27,153 nucleotides of DNA, from positions 1 to 27,153 of IMG/VR virus record IMGVR_UViG_3300022562_001603. One strand, 5' to 3'. Below the pieces are notes generated by a model. That model searched no databases. It saw only the letters and a list, made by a program, of their open reading frames with translations, and was not told the origin of the DNA. Origin of the DNA: a virus. Taxonomy: Duplodnaviria; Caudoviricetes. Positions within the stretch are counted from its first letter, which is position 1. The number at the start of each line of letters is the position of its first letter. Both the position numbers and the translations under genes were made by a program. Below are positions 18,447 through 26,410 of this stretch, one piece after another.

Positions 18447-18815
18447 TCAGGAGTTCCCGGAATTTTTCCAATCGTCCGAGTCGTACGGAAGATCGCAGGG
18501 CATGAGTAACAACCCTAGGTTCGCTCCTGTAGAAGCGGCATAGGCTGCGTGGTCATCCAAGTGCAAATCGATTCCAAGTTGCTTCCTCGATACGATCTTG
18601 CAGCGCTCTCCATCCCGACCCCAATTCGCACTATGAACCCTCTCGGCGGGGATCTGGATATCATTGGCCGCTAGTAACGCTATGGCGCGCTCAGTAGGCA
18701 TATCCGTCAGGATATAGACCTCGACATCCTCGGATCGCTCCAAGGCGCGAACGAGTGGAACAAATACCTGCGGGGCACGAGACAACAGCCCTCCAATGTC
18801 GAAAGATACTCGCAT
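18447..18815 (-). CDS. HAD-superfamily-like small protein (capless)
   Basis: VSFDIGGLL (motif I variant DxG), VYILT (II), K (III), IDLHLDD (IV); start at ATG 18815 with GAGGGTG SD. Confidence 0.65.
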   Translation of the reverse strand: MRVSFDIGGLLSRAPQVFVPLVRALERSEDVEVYILTDMPTERAIALLAANDIQIPAERVHSANWGRDGERCKIVSRKQLGIDLHLDDHAAYAASTGANLGLLLMPCDLPYDSDDWKNSGNS

Positions 18816-18826
18816 CGTAGACACCC

Positions 18827-19132
18827 TCAAAGCGCGCTGCTAATGAGATCCCCATGAACACGGATTGCATCGGAAAGGCGTTTCCGGGCAGTAGCGAGTA
18901 CGTCTGCGAGACGTGCGGCATCATTCGACCCGGCGAGCCGTGCCTTCGTCACATCCGTTTCCGCGACAACAACCTCTACCGCAGCCAGCAAGACATCGGG
19001 TCCTGCCTGAATGAGAGCATCTCCGCCTACAAGAACATTCGCCAGCAACCCCGCGGCATACGAGTATCTCGTAACAACACTGGAGAGCGTATGACACCTT
19101 TCCTTTAGATCTTGGATGTCCTTCTCAGTCAT
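18827..19132 (-). CDS. Hypothetical helical protein
   Basis: 101 aa, GAGGT SD, fills gap after nrdJ on the coding strand. Confidence 0.6.
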   Translation of the reverse strand: MTEKDIQDLKERCHTLSSVVTRYSYAAGLLANVLVGGDALIQAGPDVLLAAVEVVVAETDVTKARLAGSNDAARLADVLATARKRLSDAIRVHGDLISSAL

Positions 19133-19141
19133 CTCGTGACC

Positions 19142-21427
19142 TCAACATTTGCTGTACCCACACGACTCGCACACGTCACAACCCCCACCACGGGAAAGGG
19201 TAGGCGCCTTGCACTGAGGGCACAGATCGTGCTTGGGCGGAAACTTTGGACGAATCCCTCCATTGCGACGAGCCAAGTAATCTTGAAAAGCTTGCCCTAC
19301 ACCGTCCGGAGCGGAAGAGATGCGATTCAAACCAAATCCGTTGGAGGCTCCACCTATGTTCCGGAGTTGCTCTGCCAACGCTTCGAGACGCTTATCGGGC
19401 CGAATAGGAGAAGGTATGGCGAGAGCATAGCTTACCGCCCGGCCCAGGGCTTCCATCACCGCAGTCACCTCACTACCGGATTTCCCAGATATGATGAAGC
19501 ATTCGAACGGCTGCCCGTCCTCGGGATGATCGTCGATGACGGTATGCACGGTCCCGTGGGCCGTCTTCTTGGAAATCGTTGTTCCATGCCTATAGCCGTC
19601 GGCCGGAATGTGACGACGTGCCTTTGGCAGCATCTCCAATAACTCCTTCGTAGCCTCACCGTGATTCACTTTTCCTACATTCAAGACCTGCGACTTACGA
19701 CTCCCATCACGGTACACGGTGATACCTTTGCAGCCTAGCTCCCATGCCAAATCGTAAGCCGCTTCCACGTCTTCCACGGTAGCCGTATTCGGCATGTTGA
19801 TCGTCTTGCTGACAGCGTCTTCTACATGCGCCTGGAAGGCCGCCTGCATCTTGACGTGCCAATCGTAACGAATGTCCAACGACGTCCGGAATACCTCTCT
19901 CCATTTCTTGGGGACGGCTTCCAGATCCGACACGCTTCCTTTCTCGGCCACCTCGCGCATCAGATCCTCGCTGTACCACCCCTCTCGTTTAGAGACGTCC
20001 ACGAATACCTGATTCACGTCCACCATCTCCATGTCAGCCTGATTGCGGATCATGGCCACACTGAACAAAGGTTCGATGCCGGAGGAACATCCCGCAATGA
20101 TGGAGATAGAGCCTGTTGGAGCGATGACTGTAACCGTACTGTTCCGTCGCGGCTTGTCGCCTCGAGCCGCCCATCTGGATTCGGACCAGTGCTCGAACGG
20201 ACCACGCTTCTCTGCCAAAACTTCGCTTGCCTTGACCGCCTCCTCATTTATCAGGCGCATGGTCTGCACGCCCAACTTGAGCGCCTGATCACTATCGTAG
20301 GGTATCCCACATCGAAGTAGAAGATCGGCCCAACCCATCACACCAATGCCTATCTTCCGACATTTCCTGGTCATGTCCCCTATCTGGGGAACAGGATAAT
20401 TGTTGATGGTCAGTACGTTGTCCAAGAAGTGGACACAATGATGGACGACGCTAGCAAGTCGATCGAAATCCAACACAAGAACACCGTCGCGCTCGAAATA
20501 GAACTTGGACAGATTTACGGATCCCAGCGTGCAAGCATCGTAGGCGCGCAGCGGAACCTCTCCGCATGGATTGGTAGCTTCGATATCCCCGAGATACGAA
20601 GATAGAGGATCCAGAGCGTTGACGCGATCGATGAAAAATAAGCCCGGTTCTCCGCTATAATGCGCGTTCTGTATGATCCGATCCCAAACATCCCGAGCTT
20701 GGTATTTCCCAACGACCGATCCCGATACCGGATGGACGATTTCGTACTCTCCACCCGAATAGAGAGACTTCATGAAAGCATCGGTTATACCAACGCTTAT
20801 ATTGAAGTTGGTAAGACCATGACCGCATGTCTTGCGACCAAATCCAGAGCAGACGTCGCAAGCAACTCGTTTGCAGTCGATGAACTCGAGAATATCTGGA
20901 TGGTCTACTCGAAGGATGCCCATGTTGGCCCCTCGTCGTATCCCCGCCTGTTTCACGCATTCGGTGACAGCGTTGTACATCCGCATGAAAGACACGGGAC
21001 CGGAGGCGGCCCCGCCTGTTCCAGCCACGAAATCATTGCGAGGTCGAATCCTACTGTAGCTGAATCCCGTCCCTCCTCCTGTCTTGTGCACGAGGGCCGC
21101 GTTCTTCGCGGTGTCCATGATGGCATCCATACGATCTTCGATAGGGAGAACAAAACAGGCCGACAGTTGGCCGTCCACTCTCCCTGCATTCGCGAGGCAC
21201 GGGGTGTTGGGAAGAAAGTCCAACCGGGCCATCATGTTGTAGAACGCCGTCTCTGCCGCTGTTGGATCCTCTCCGTATTGAATGTCCGCACGAGCTACTG
21301 CTTTGGCAACTCGACTGAACAATTCCTTCGGAGTCTCTACAACCTCCCCTTTGTCATTCTTGAGCAGGTAACGGCGGCGCAACACCTGGATGGCGTTGTT
21401 GTTCAACACAGGTTCGACTACGGGCAC
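19142..21427 (-). CDS. nrdJ: Class II (adenosylcobalamin-dependent) ribonucleotide reductase
   Basis: VLRRRYL, FLPNTPCLANAG, LSACFV, GGGTG, RRGANM, TNFNISV, ATNPCGE, APTGSIS, AVSKTINMP, KGITVYRDGSR; C-terminal TSCPD-like domain and CPQC...CDVCESCGYSKC ribbon; no nrdB beta subunit adjacent; GGAGG SD. Confidence 0.93.
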   Translation of the reverse strand: MPVVEPVLNNNAIQVLRRRYLLKNDKGEVVETPKELFSRVAKAVARADIQYGEDPTAAETAFYNMMARLDFLPNTPCLANAGRVDGQLSACFVLPIEDRMDAIMDTAKNAALVHKTGGGTGFSYSRIRPRNDFVAGTGGAASGPVSFMRMYNAVTECVKQAGIRRGANMGILRVDHPDILEFIDCKRVACDVCSGFGRKTCGHGLTNFNISVGITDAFMKSLYSGGEYEIVHPVSGSVVGKYQARDVWDRIIQNAHYSGEPGLFFIDRVNALDPLSSYLGDIEATNPCGEVPLRAYDACTLGSVNLSKFYFERDGVLVLDFDRLASVVHHCVHFLDNVLTINNYPVPQIGDMTRKCRKIGIGVMGWADLLLRCGIPYDSDQALKLGVQTMRLINEEAVKASEVLAEKRGPFEHWSESRWAARGDKPRRNSTVTVIAPTGSISIIAGCSSGIEPLFSVAMIRNQADMEMVDVNQVFVDVSKREGWYSEDLMREVAEKGSVSDLEAVPKKWREVFRTSLDIRYDWHVKMQAAFQAHVEDAVSKTINMPNTATVEDVEAAYDLAWELGCKGITVYRDGSRKSQVLNVGKVNHGEATKELLEMLPKARRHIPADGYRHGTTISKKTAHGTVHTVIDDHPEDGQPFECFIISGKSGSEVTAVMEALGRAVSYALAIPSPIRPDKRLEALAEQLRNIGGASNGFGLNRISSAPDGVGQAFQDYLARRNGGIRPKFPPKHDLCPQCKAPTLSRGGGCDVCESCGYSKC

Positions 21428-21456
21428 ACGGCCTCCATGAATATCTTTTCTCAGTC

Positions 21457-22185
21457 CTACGCAGTGAGACTGAGTTCTTCGATCATCTCTGGCTGGATCT
21501 CGATCTCCATGATCGATATATCACTCGCCTGCGCATCGAAATCTCCACCTACCTTATACCTGATAGGAAGGCAGTCGTGAAGAACCCACGCCTTGGCTGG
21601 GATACGAATCTTGAATTCGAATGGACCAAAAGCCGCACTTCCACCAAACCCGGCCAATCCTCCAATAGCGGCCCCTTCGGCTAATGTACTCACAATGGCC
21701 TTTCCAAAGTTTCCCGGGACACTAGAAGAAATGAGGCCCGAATTCGCCGCTACAAGGGCAGACTGCGCAACTCCTGATACCGATGTAGCGCTTATGGGGT
21801 TACGAGCAAAGAACTGTAAGAGTACCAATGTTCGTCTCGGGGTAGGCCCACCGATGGACACATAACTACCAGCTGATCGGCTCTGGAAGCCTTGGGGATC
21901 TCCTGTCACAGCCGCTACTGTCCAACGCCAAAAGTCGGAATCCGCGAAAGTGACTCCGCGTGTAAGAGTCATCGGATCGACGTTCGCCTTCTTTATTACC
22001 CGGCGTTTGAAATGCCAGTTACCTTCGTTGAAGTCGTACATGTCGAAGGAGACGCTTGGAGCGGTGATCGACTTGAACCCCGACAACGGGTTGAAGATCG
22101 GCAAGGAAAAGCCCTCGATAGGGGCCACGTCGAACAGCCAAAAGGGAAATACCTGGAGAAAGTCGGAGAATGCTGTTCTAGCCAC
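21457..22185 (-). CDS. Second gp19-like tail tube protein (minor tube/initiator)
   Basis: GTG start at 22185 (MARTAFSDFLQ, paralogous to MARALAQDFLH); MTLTRGV...DFWRW; CLPIRYKVGGDFDAQASDISIMEIEI. Confidence 0.85.
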   Translation of the reverse strand: MARTAFSDFLQVFPFWLFDVAPIEGFSLPIFNPLSGFKSITAPSVSFDMYDFNEGNWHFKRRVIKKANVDPMTLTRGVTFADSDFWRWTVAAVTGDPQGFQSRSAGSYVSIGGPTPRRTLVLLQFFARNPISATSVSGVAQSALVAANSGLISSSVPGNFGKAIVSTLAEGAAIGGLAGFGGSAAFGPFEFKIRIPAKAWVLHDCLPIRYKVGGDFDAQASDISIMEIEIQPEMIEELSLTA

Positions 22186-22211
22186 AGAACACCTTCGAGT
22201 TGATGTCCACC

Positions 22212-22219
22212 ATACTACC
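22212..22219 (-). promoter_or_regulatory. -10-like box GG-TAGTAT upstream of second tube gene
   Basis: Sits just after the terminator; same GG-TANNNT pattern as three other sites; no good -35. Confidence 0.3.
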
Positions 22220-22229
22220 GCATCAAACC

Positions 22230-22260
22230 AAAAACGGGCAGGACCACGTGGTCTGCCCGT
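22230..22260 (-). terminator. Rho-independent terminator after major tube gene
   Basis: ACGGGCAG-ACCACGTGGTC-CTGCCCGT hairpin running into a T5 tract, 23 nt after the stop at 22284. Confidence 0.75.
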
Positions 22261-22283
22261 CTCATGTTTCCATCGAGGTGCTG

Positions 22284-22862
22284 TTACGCCGGGGGTTGGT
22301 GCTCTTCGACCTCGAAGTGTTCGTAGGCCAGATCCAGTTCCATGATGGAGATCTCGGACGCCGTAGCGTCTAGATCGCCCGCGACCTTGTGACGAATCGG
22401 AAAGCACTCGCGAACATGATAGGTACGTCCTGGAAGGTCTGTGTTGAGATTGGTCTTGTTCGCTTGACCGCCCGAAGCCGGGGCCGAGCGGACGAGAGAC
22501 GCATCTCTGTGAAAGTGCCGGATAGCGAGATCCGCACGGTACTCGTTGGCAGGACCGGCGTCAGCACCTTCGATAACCAGCCGGAGCCAGCGCCAGAAAG
22601 TACCATCGCCACGCGCCACACCACGAGAGAGCGTGATGTCGGACATGCTCGGGTTACCCGGGTACTTCCGGGTGTAGACCATTTGACCCTCTTTGTACTC
22701 GACCGCCTCGATGGTCGCTTCTGGGGTTGTCACGGCGGAGAACCCGGCATCAGGTCTGCCGTTCCCTGTGACTAGATCTACGTCGGAGTTACCGTCCACG
22801 GCGGCCACGAGAACGTGGAATCTCATTGAGTGGAGAAAGTCTTGTGCTAGAGCGCGAGCCAT
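22284..22862 (-). CDS. Major tail tube protein, T4 gp19-like family
   Basis: GFSAVT.PE..IEAVEYKEG....RKYPG....DITLSRGV...FWRW...P......DLDATASEISIMELDLAYE; strong AGGAGGTG SD. Confidence 0.95.
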   Translation of the reverse strand: MARALAQDFLHSMRFHVLVAAVDGNSDVDLVTGNGRPDAGFSAVTTPEATIEAVEYKEGQMVYTRKYPGNPSMSDITLSRGVARGDGTFWRWLRLVIEGADAGPANEYRADLAIRHFHRDASLVRSAPASGGQANKTNLNTDLPGRTYHVRECFPIRHKVAGDLDATASEISIMELDLAYEHFEVEEHQPPA

Positions 22863-22891
22863 TTTTCACCTCCTCGGGCAAATCGCCTAGG

Positions 22892-23581
22892 TTACGCCAC
22901 CATTACCAAGAATACGACGGAACCATCAGGCGCCGTAGTCGTATCTACCGAATTCTCGGTCGAGTCGAATACACCGGCTTCGGTAATCCCGTCGGCGAAC
23001 AAGACATTGGCACTTCCGATCTGCACGGAGATCCCTAGAATGTCTCCTGTCTGCACCGTCGCCGTGGCCCCGCTCGCCCCTACCGTGGCTTTTGAAATCG
23101 CCGTGACCGCCTTGAAGATCTTGGCGCCTGCAACAGTAGAGTTGGCAACCGCTACATTGACCTCCGTTTGAGCCTGATCGAATTGATCGGTTCCAACGAT
23201 GGTAACGTCTCCGCCGTCGTACCCTAGACCGTAGACCACATCCAATGTCCTTGGCACATCAGGATCGGTAAACGGCCCAGGGAAGACATTGGGGTCGGTC
23301 GCCGGAACCGAAGCATGAACCGCGACAGCTGGAGCGTCCGGCGCGCCCAAGTTGATTACCGACTCGGCGCCCTGGAGAGAACCTGCAAGTTTCTCGGCAG
23401 CGCTGAGTGTAATCGTATAAGACAGGGTACCTGCCGCGACGTTGGTTAGGAAACTGGACATTCCCTGAACATCGGACTCGGTCCGCTGCGTAGAAAGAGT
23501 GCCGTTCGCGGGAACGAAAGCGTAGAGTTCCTGTACCAGGACAGGCTCGGACGTGTTGTTCGTTATTGTAAGAGTGGCCAC
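22892..23581 (-). CDS. Hypothetical structural protein between sheath and tube (possible decoration)
   Basis: 229 aa, beta-rich, T/V/G-rich; GTG start with AAAGGT SD; GDVTIVGTDQFDQAQTE...GAKIFKAVTAI motif. Confidence 0.65.
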   Translation of the reverse strand: MATLTITNNTSEPVLVQELYAFVPANGTLSTQRTESDVQGMSSFLTNVAAGTLSYTITLSAAEKLAGSLQGAESVINLGAPDAPAVAVHASVPATDPNVFPGPFTDPDVPRTLDVVYGLGYDGGDVTIVGTDQFDQAQTEVNVAVANSTVAGAKIFKAVTAISKATVGASGATATVQTGDILGISVQIGSANVLFADGITEAGVFDSTENSVDTTTAPDGSVVFLVMVA

Positions 23582-23608
23582 TTGATTACCTTTCTGCTTG
23601 ATCCTCGG

Positions 23609-26104
23609 CTAGCCCAACGTGATTTGGGTAAAGCGGAATCTCACGAATTCTGCCGGAGTATTTGCGGCGACACCGACGTCGATGATGACCTGGCCCGCCG
23701 CTACGCTGGAAGCATCGTTGTTCGATTCGTCCACGATAACGAAGAACGCCTCGGAGGGAGATCCTCCGGCGAACAAGCCCTCGTTGAACTGGTTGTTGAG
23801 GAACCCTTGGAGTTGCGCCTTGATCTTGGCCCACAGAGCAGGACCATTGTTCTCGAACACGATCCAATGGGTCGCGTTGTACACCGACTTTTCCAGGAAC
23901 ATGAAGAGGCGGCGCACGTTGATGTACCTCCACTCGATTTCCTGAGCAATGGTCCGAACTCCCCATACTGCTAATCCCGTATGTGGGGAACTGATTAACG
24001 GATTGATCTTGTTCGGGTACACGAAATCCCGCTCGGACGGGGTAGGATTCAATTCCAGTCCGAGGAGAAACCGGAGTTGGCCGTCCACAGTACCGCCGGG
24101 GGCTTTTCCGACATTCTTGGACGCATCGGTACGAGCGTAGATGCCTGCAATATGCCCAACCGCGGGCATCGTCAATGGCCGATTGTCCGCGAGAGGGTCT
24201 GCAACCCGAACCCACGGCCAGTAGACGGCGGCAAACTTCGAAAACCGGCCCAGATCGAACCGGAACCAATCCACAGCCTCTTGCGCAGAAGAGGCCACAG
24301 GCGGCTGGAGGATGGCAAAGCGATCACCCCCGGAAGGCTGCGTAGCGCGCCCATCCACGTAATCGAGGATATCTCCAGTGATAGTGACATCTCCGACAAA
24401 ATCGGGAACGACGATTTGCATCAGTTCCTCGATCCGGTTCAGGGCAAACAGTCCTTCGGCATTCGCTTCTAGGAGCGCGGCGTTGGAAATCTGATTCCGT
24501 CCGTAGGTACCAGAAGAGAAGGTACCATTGGTTCCACCCGTGAAGGATTCAATATGCTGCGATTCCACCGCCGCAGTGCTGTAACTCAAAGTCACGAGCG
24601 TAGTCGCGTCGATGGGATTGAGCAACGTAACGACGATTGCGCCGGAGGTGTAATTGATCGTGTTCGTGCCTGCGGCATCTACCGAACCAATCAGATTCCC
24701 CGCCCCGTCATCCGTGACGGTAAGAGAAGCTCCGAGTGTATCGGTGTAGGAGATGACGACCGATCGAGGAGAGACCGGAGCGGCAGATGCTGTCGTCGCG
24801 GTAAACTCCCGGCCCGCCGTCGATTCATCCCCACCACCGATGATCTCGGTCTTCGCTATACCGTCGATTTGAAGAGGAGCCTCATCTCCACCCGGCTCAT
24901 TGACCGTTACGTAGTCGGACAGCTCATTGATGACATCAGGGAAATACTGTGGATCGGAGGAATCCGAGAAGCTGAGACCCTCGTAGGTCTCCACGATATC
25001 AAAATTGCCCGTAGAGGTGTTCAGTAGCAAGACATTGAACTTGTATCGTGAATACGAGTTCGTACTGGCGGTGTAATAGTCCTGATCCCCCTCGATAGAG
25101 ATACGCAAGTCATTGGCCCAAGTTCCCGCCGAGATAGGATCGAGGTCCCAGGCATAGATCTGATAAGTGGCCAGGAGGGGGGCCTGATCGTGGGCTGCGG
25201 TAGATAGGGTGATCGACCACGCGCCAGTCGTGTAGTCGATAGCCCCCGGACCGGTGAGAACAGTGCCGGCGGGGAAAACTCCCAATCCATCGTCAGTTAC
25301 ACTGAGATCCGCGGAAGCCGGGGTGTAATCCACCGTGAAGGCGCCAGGGACGCCATTCGGGATATCGACACCAGCAAATTCTACCGAGAAAAACCCAGAT
25401 CGATGATCGATGGTGACCACCGTTCCAGCGCCGTTGGTCGCGCTCGCGATGGCGGTAATCGCCGGAACTGCGAGAGTCGTGGGGGTGGCGCCATCCGGAT
25501 CGAAGTTCAGAGTGAACGTTCCCGGGACCACGGCGAACTGTTCGGGGTCGTAGGCGGGAATGCTCGCCGGATTGATCCTACCTTCGTAGACAGCCGTCGC
25601 AGCCACGAGACTAACGTTGCCGCTGTCATCACGGTTGCGAATGGCTTCGGCCGCGACCGGGGTCCCGTCCTCACGCCATCGCAAGGTCACCGAAGCAGGA
25701 ACCAGCGGCGATGCGCCGCCATTCACGTTGAGTAGAGTAGTCAGGTCCGTCTGTGAGAAGGCGGTAGTAACTCCATCTCCAGTCTCCAATACCTGATCGG
25801 TCCACTGGCTGTCGATCAGAGCATCCGCGGTAAGCGCGTCCGAAGGGACAACACGAACAACGAACGCACGACGACCGCCGTTGGCAAAGTAGGCAGCCAT
25901 GGACAGCGGCAAGAAGGAATCACTAACGATGGGTCCGAATGTCCGAACGAAGTTCTCGAACGACGTTACGAGAGTAGCTACGTTGGTGGGCCCCTTCTGC
26001 GTGAATCCTACGGCTCCCAGATTCGATGTCGAAACCGCCTGGATGACCTGTACCTGGGAAGGTACTTCCTCGATGAAGACGCCTGGACTAAGAATCTCGG
26101 CCAT
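23609..26104 (-). CDS. Contractile tail sheath protein
   Basis: LSPGVFIEEVPS, VGFTQKGP, YFANGG, AAVYWPW, GHIAGIYARTD...VGKAP, VWGVRT, WRYINVRRLF, VFENN..LW, PAEFVRFRF. Confidence 0.97.
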   Translation of the reverse strand: MAEILSPGVFIEEVPSQVQVIQAVSTSNLGAVGFTQKGPTNVATLVTSFENFVRTFGPIVSDSFLPLSMAAYFANGGRRAFVVRVVPSDALTADALIDSQWTDQVLETGDGVTTAFSQTDLTTLLNVNGGASPLVPASVTLRWREDGTPVAAEAIRNRDDSGNVSLVAATAVYEGRINPASIPAYDPEQFAVVPGTFTLNFDPDGATPTTLAVPAITAIASATNGAGTVVTIDHRSGFFSVEFAGVDIPNGVPGAFTVDYTPASADLSVTDDGLGVFPAGTVLTGPGAIDYTTGAWSITLSTAAHDQAPLLATYQIYAWDLDPISAGTWANDLRISIEGDQDYYTASTNSYSRYKFNVLLLNTSTGNFDIVETYEGLSFSDSSDPQYFPDVINELSDYVTVNEPGGDEAPLQIDGIAKTEIIGGGDESTAGREFTATTASAAPVSPRSVVISYTDTLGASLTVTDDGAGNLIGSVDAAGTNTINYTSGAIVVTLLNPIDATTLVTLSYSTAAVESQHIESFTGGTNGTFSSGTYGRNQISNAALLEANAEGLFALNRIEELMQIVVPDFVGDVTITGDILDYVDGRATQPSGGDRFAILQPPVASSAQEAVDWFRFDLGRFSKFAAVYWPWVRVADPLADNRPLTMPAVGHIAGIYARTDASKNVGKAPGGTVDGQLRFLLGLELNPTPSERDFVYPNKINPLISSPHTGLAVWGVRTIAQEIEWRYINVRRLFMFLEKSVYNATHWIVFENNGPALWAKIKAQLQGFLNNQFNEGLFAGGSPSEAFFVIVDESNNDASSVAAGQVIIDVGVAANTPAEFVRFRFTQITLG

Positions 26105-26106
26105 GG

Positions 26107-26409
26107 CTACCTCTTGTTCTCGGACGATTCAGTTACAGGAACGTCCAAAAGTTGTTCTTTCTCAGGCTCCAACACTGGAGCAGGATCTACTGTCGGAACT
26201 GCGGTCTTGGGAACCGTGGGCATGGGCGGGGGAGGTACAGAGGGTTTCTTGGGAGGAACCAACATCCCCTTCTGTACGTATTTCGTCACCGCCGCGCAAC
26301 CAGCGTCCTCCCGAGATATTTCGAGGAAGGATTTGGCCGCTATTACTGTAGGTCCGCTAGGGAGCGATAGAGAGAGTGGACCTCTCGTCTTGTTATAGTA
26401 TCGAGGCAT
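26107..26409 (-). CDS. Small hypothetical protein upstream of sheath (Pro-rich tail)
   Basis: Likely start ATG 26409 (MPRYYNKTRGPLSL), one nt after upstream stop; 100 aa. Confidence 0.65.
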   Translation of the reverse strand: MPRYYNKTRGPLSLSLPSGPTVIAAKSFLEISREDAGCAAVTKYVQKGMLVPPKKPSVPPPPMPTVPKTAVPTVDPAPVLEPEKEQLLDVPVTESSENKR

Positions 26410-26410
26410 C

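Noticed and set aside
19142-21427. Intein or intron in nrdJ
   Set aside because: Continuous ORF of ordinary length with contiguous NPCGE motif and no splice-junction motifs.
20660-21580. 306-aa plus-strand ORF and other plus-strand ORFs across the window
   Set aside because: Overlap well-supported minus-strand genes; no recognisable motifs; expected in GC-rich coding DNA.
22186-22407. 74-aa N-terminal extension of second tube ORF
   Set aside because: Overlaps tube 1 and crosses a terminator; paralogy points to GTG 22185.
18412-22887. 9-mer CAAATCGCC in two intergenic regions (18412, 22879)
   Set aside because: Short, also occurs inside the tape measure (~13332); compatible with chance.
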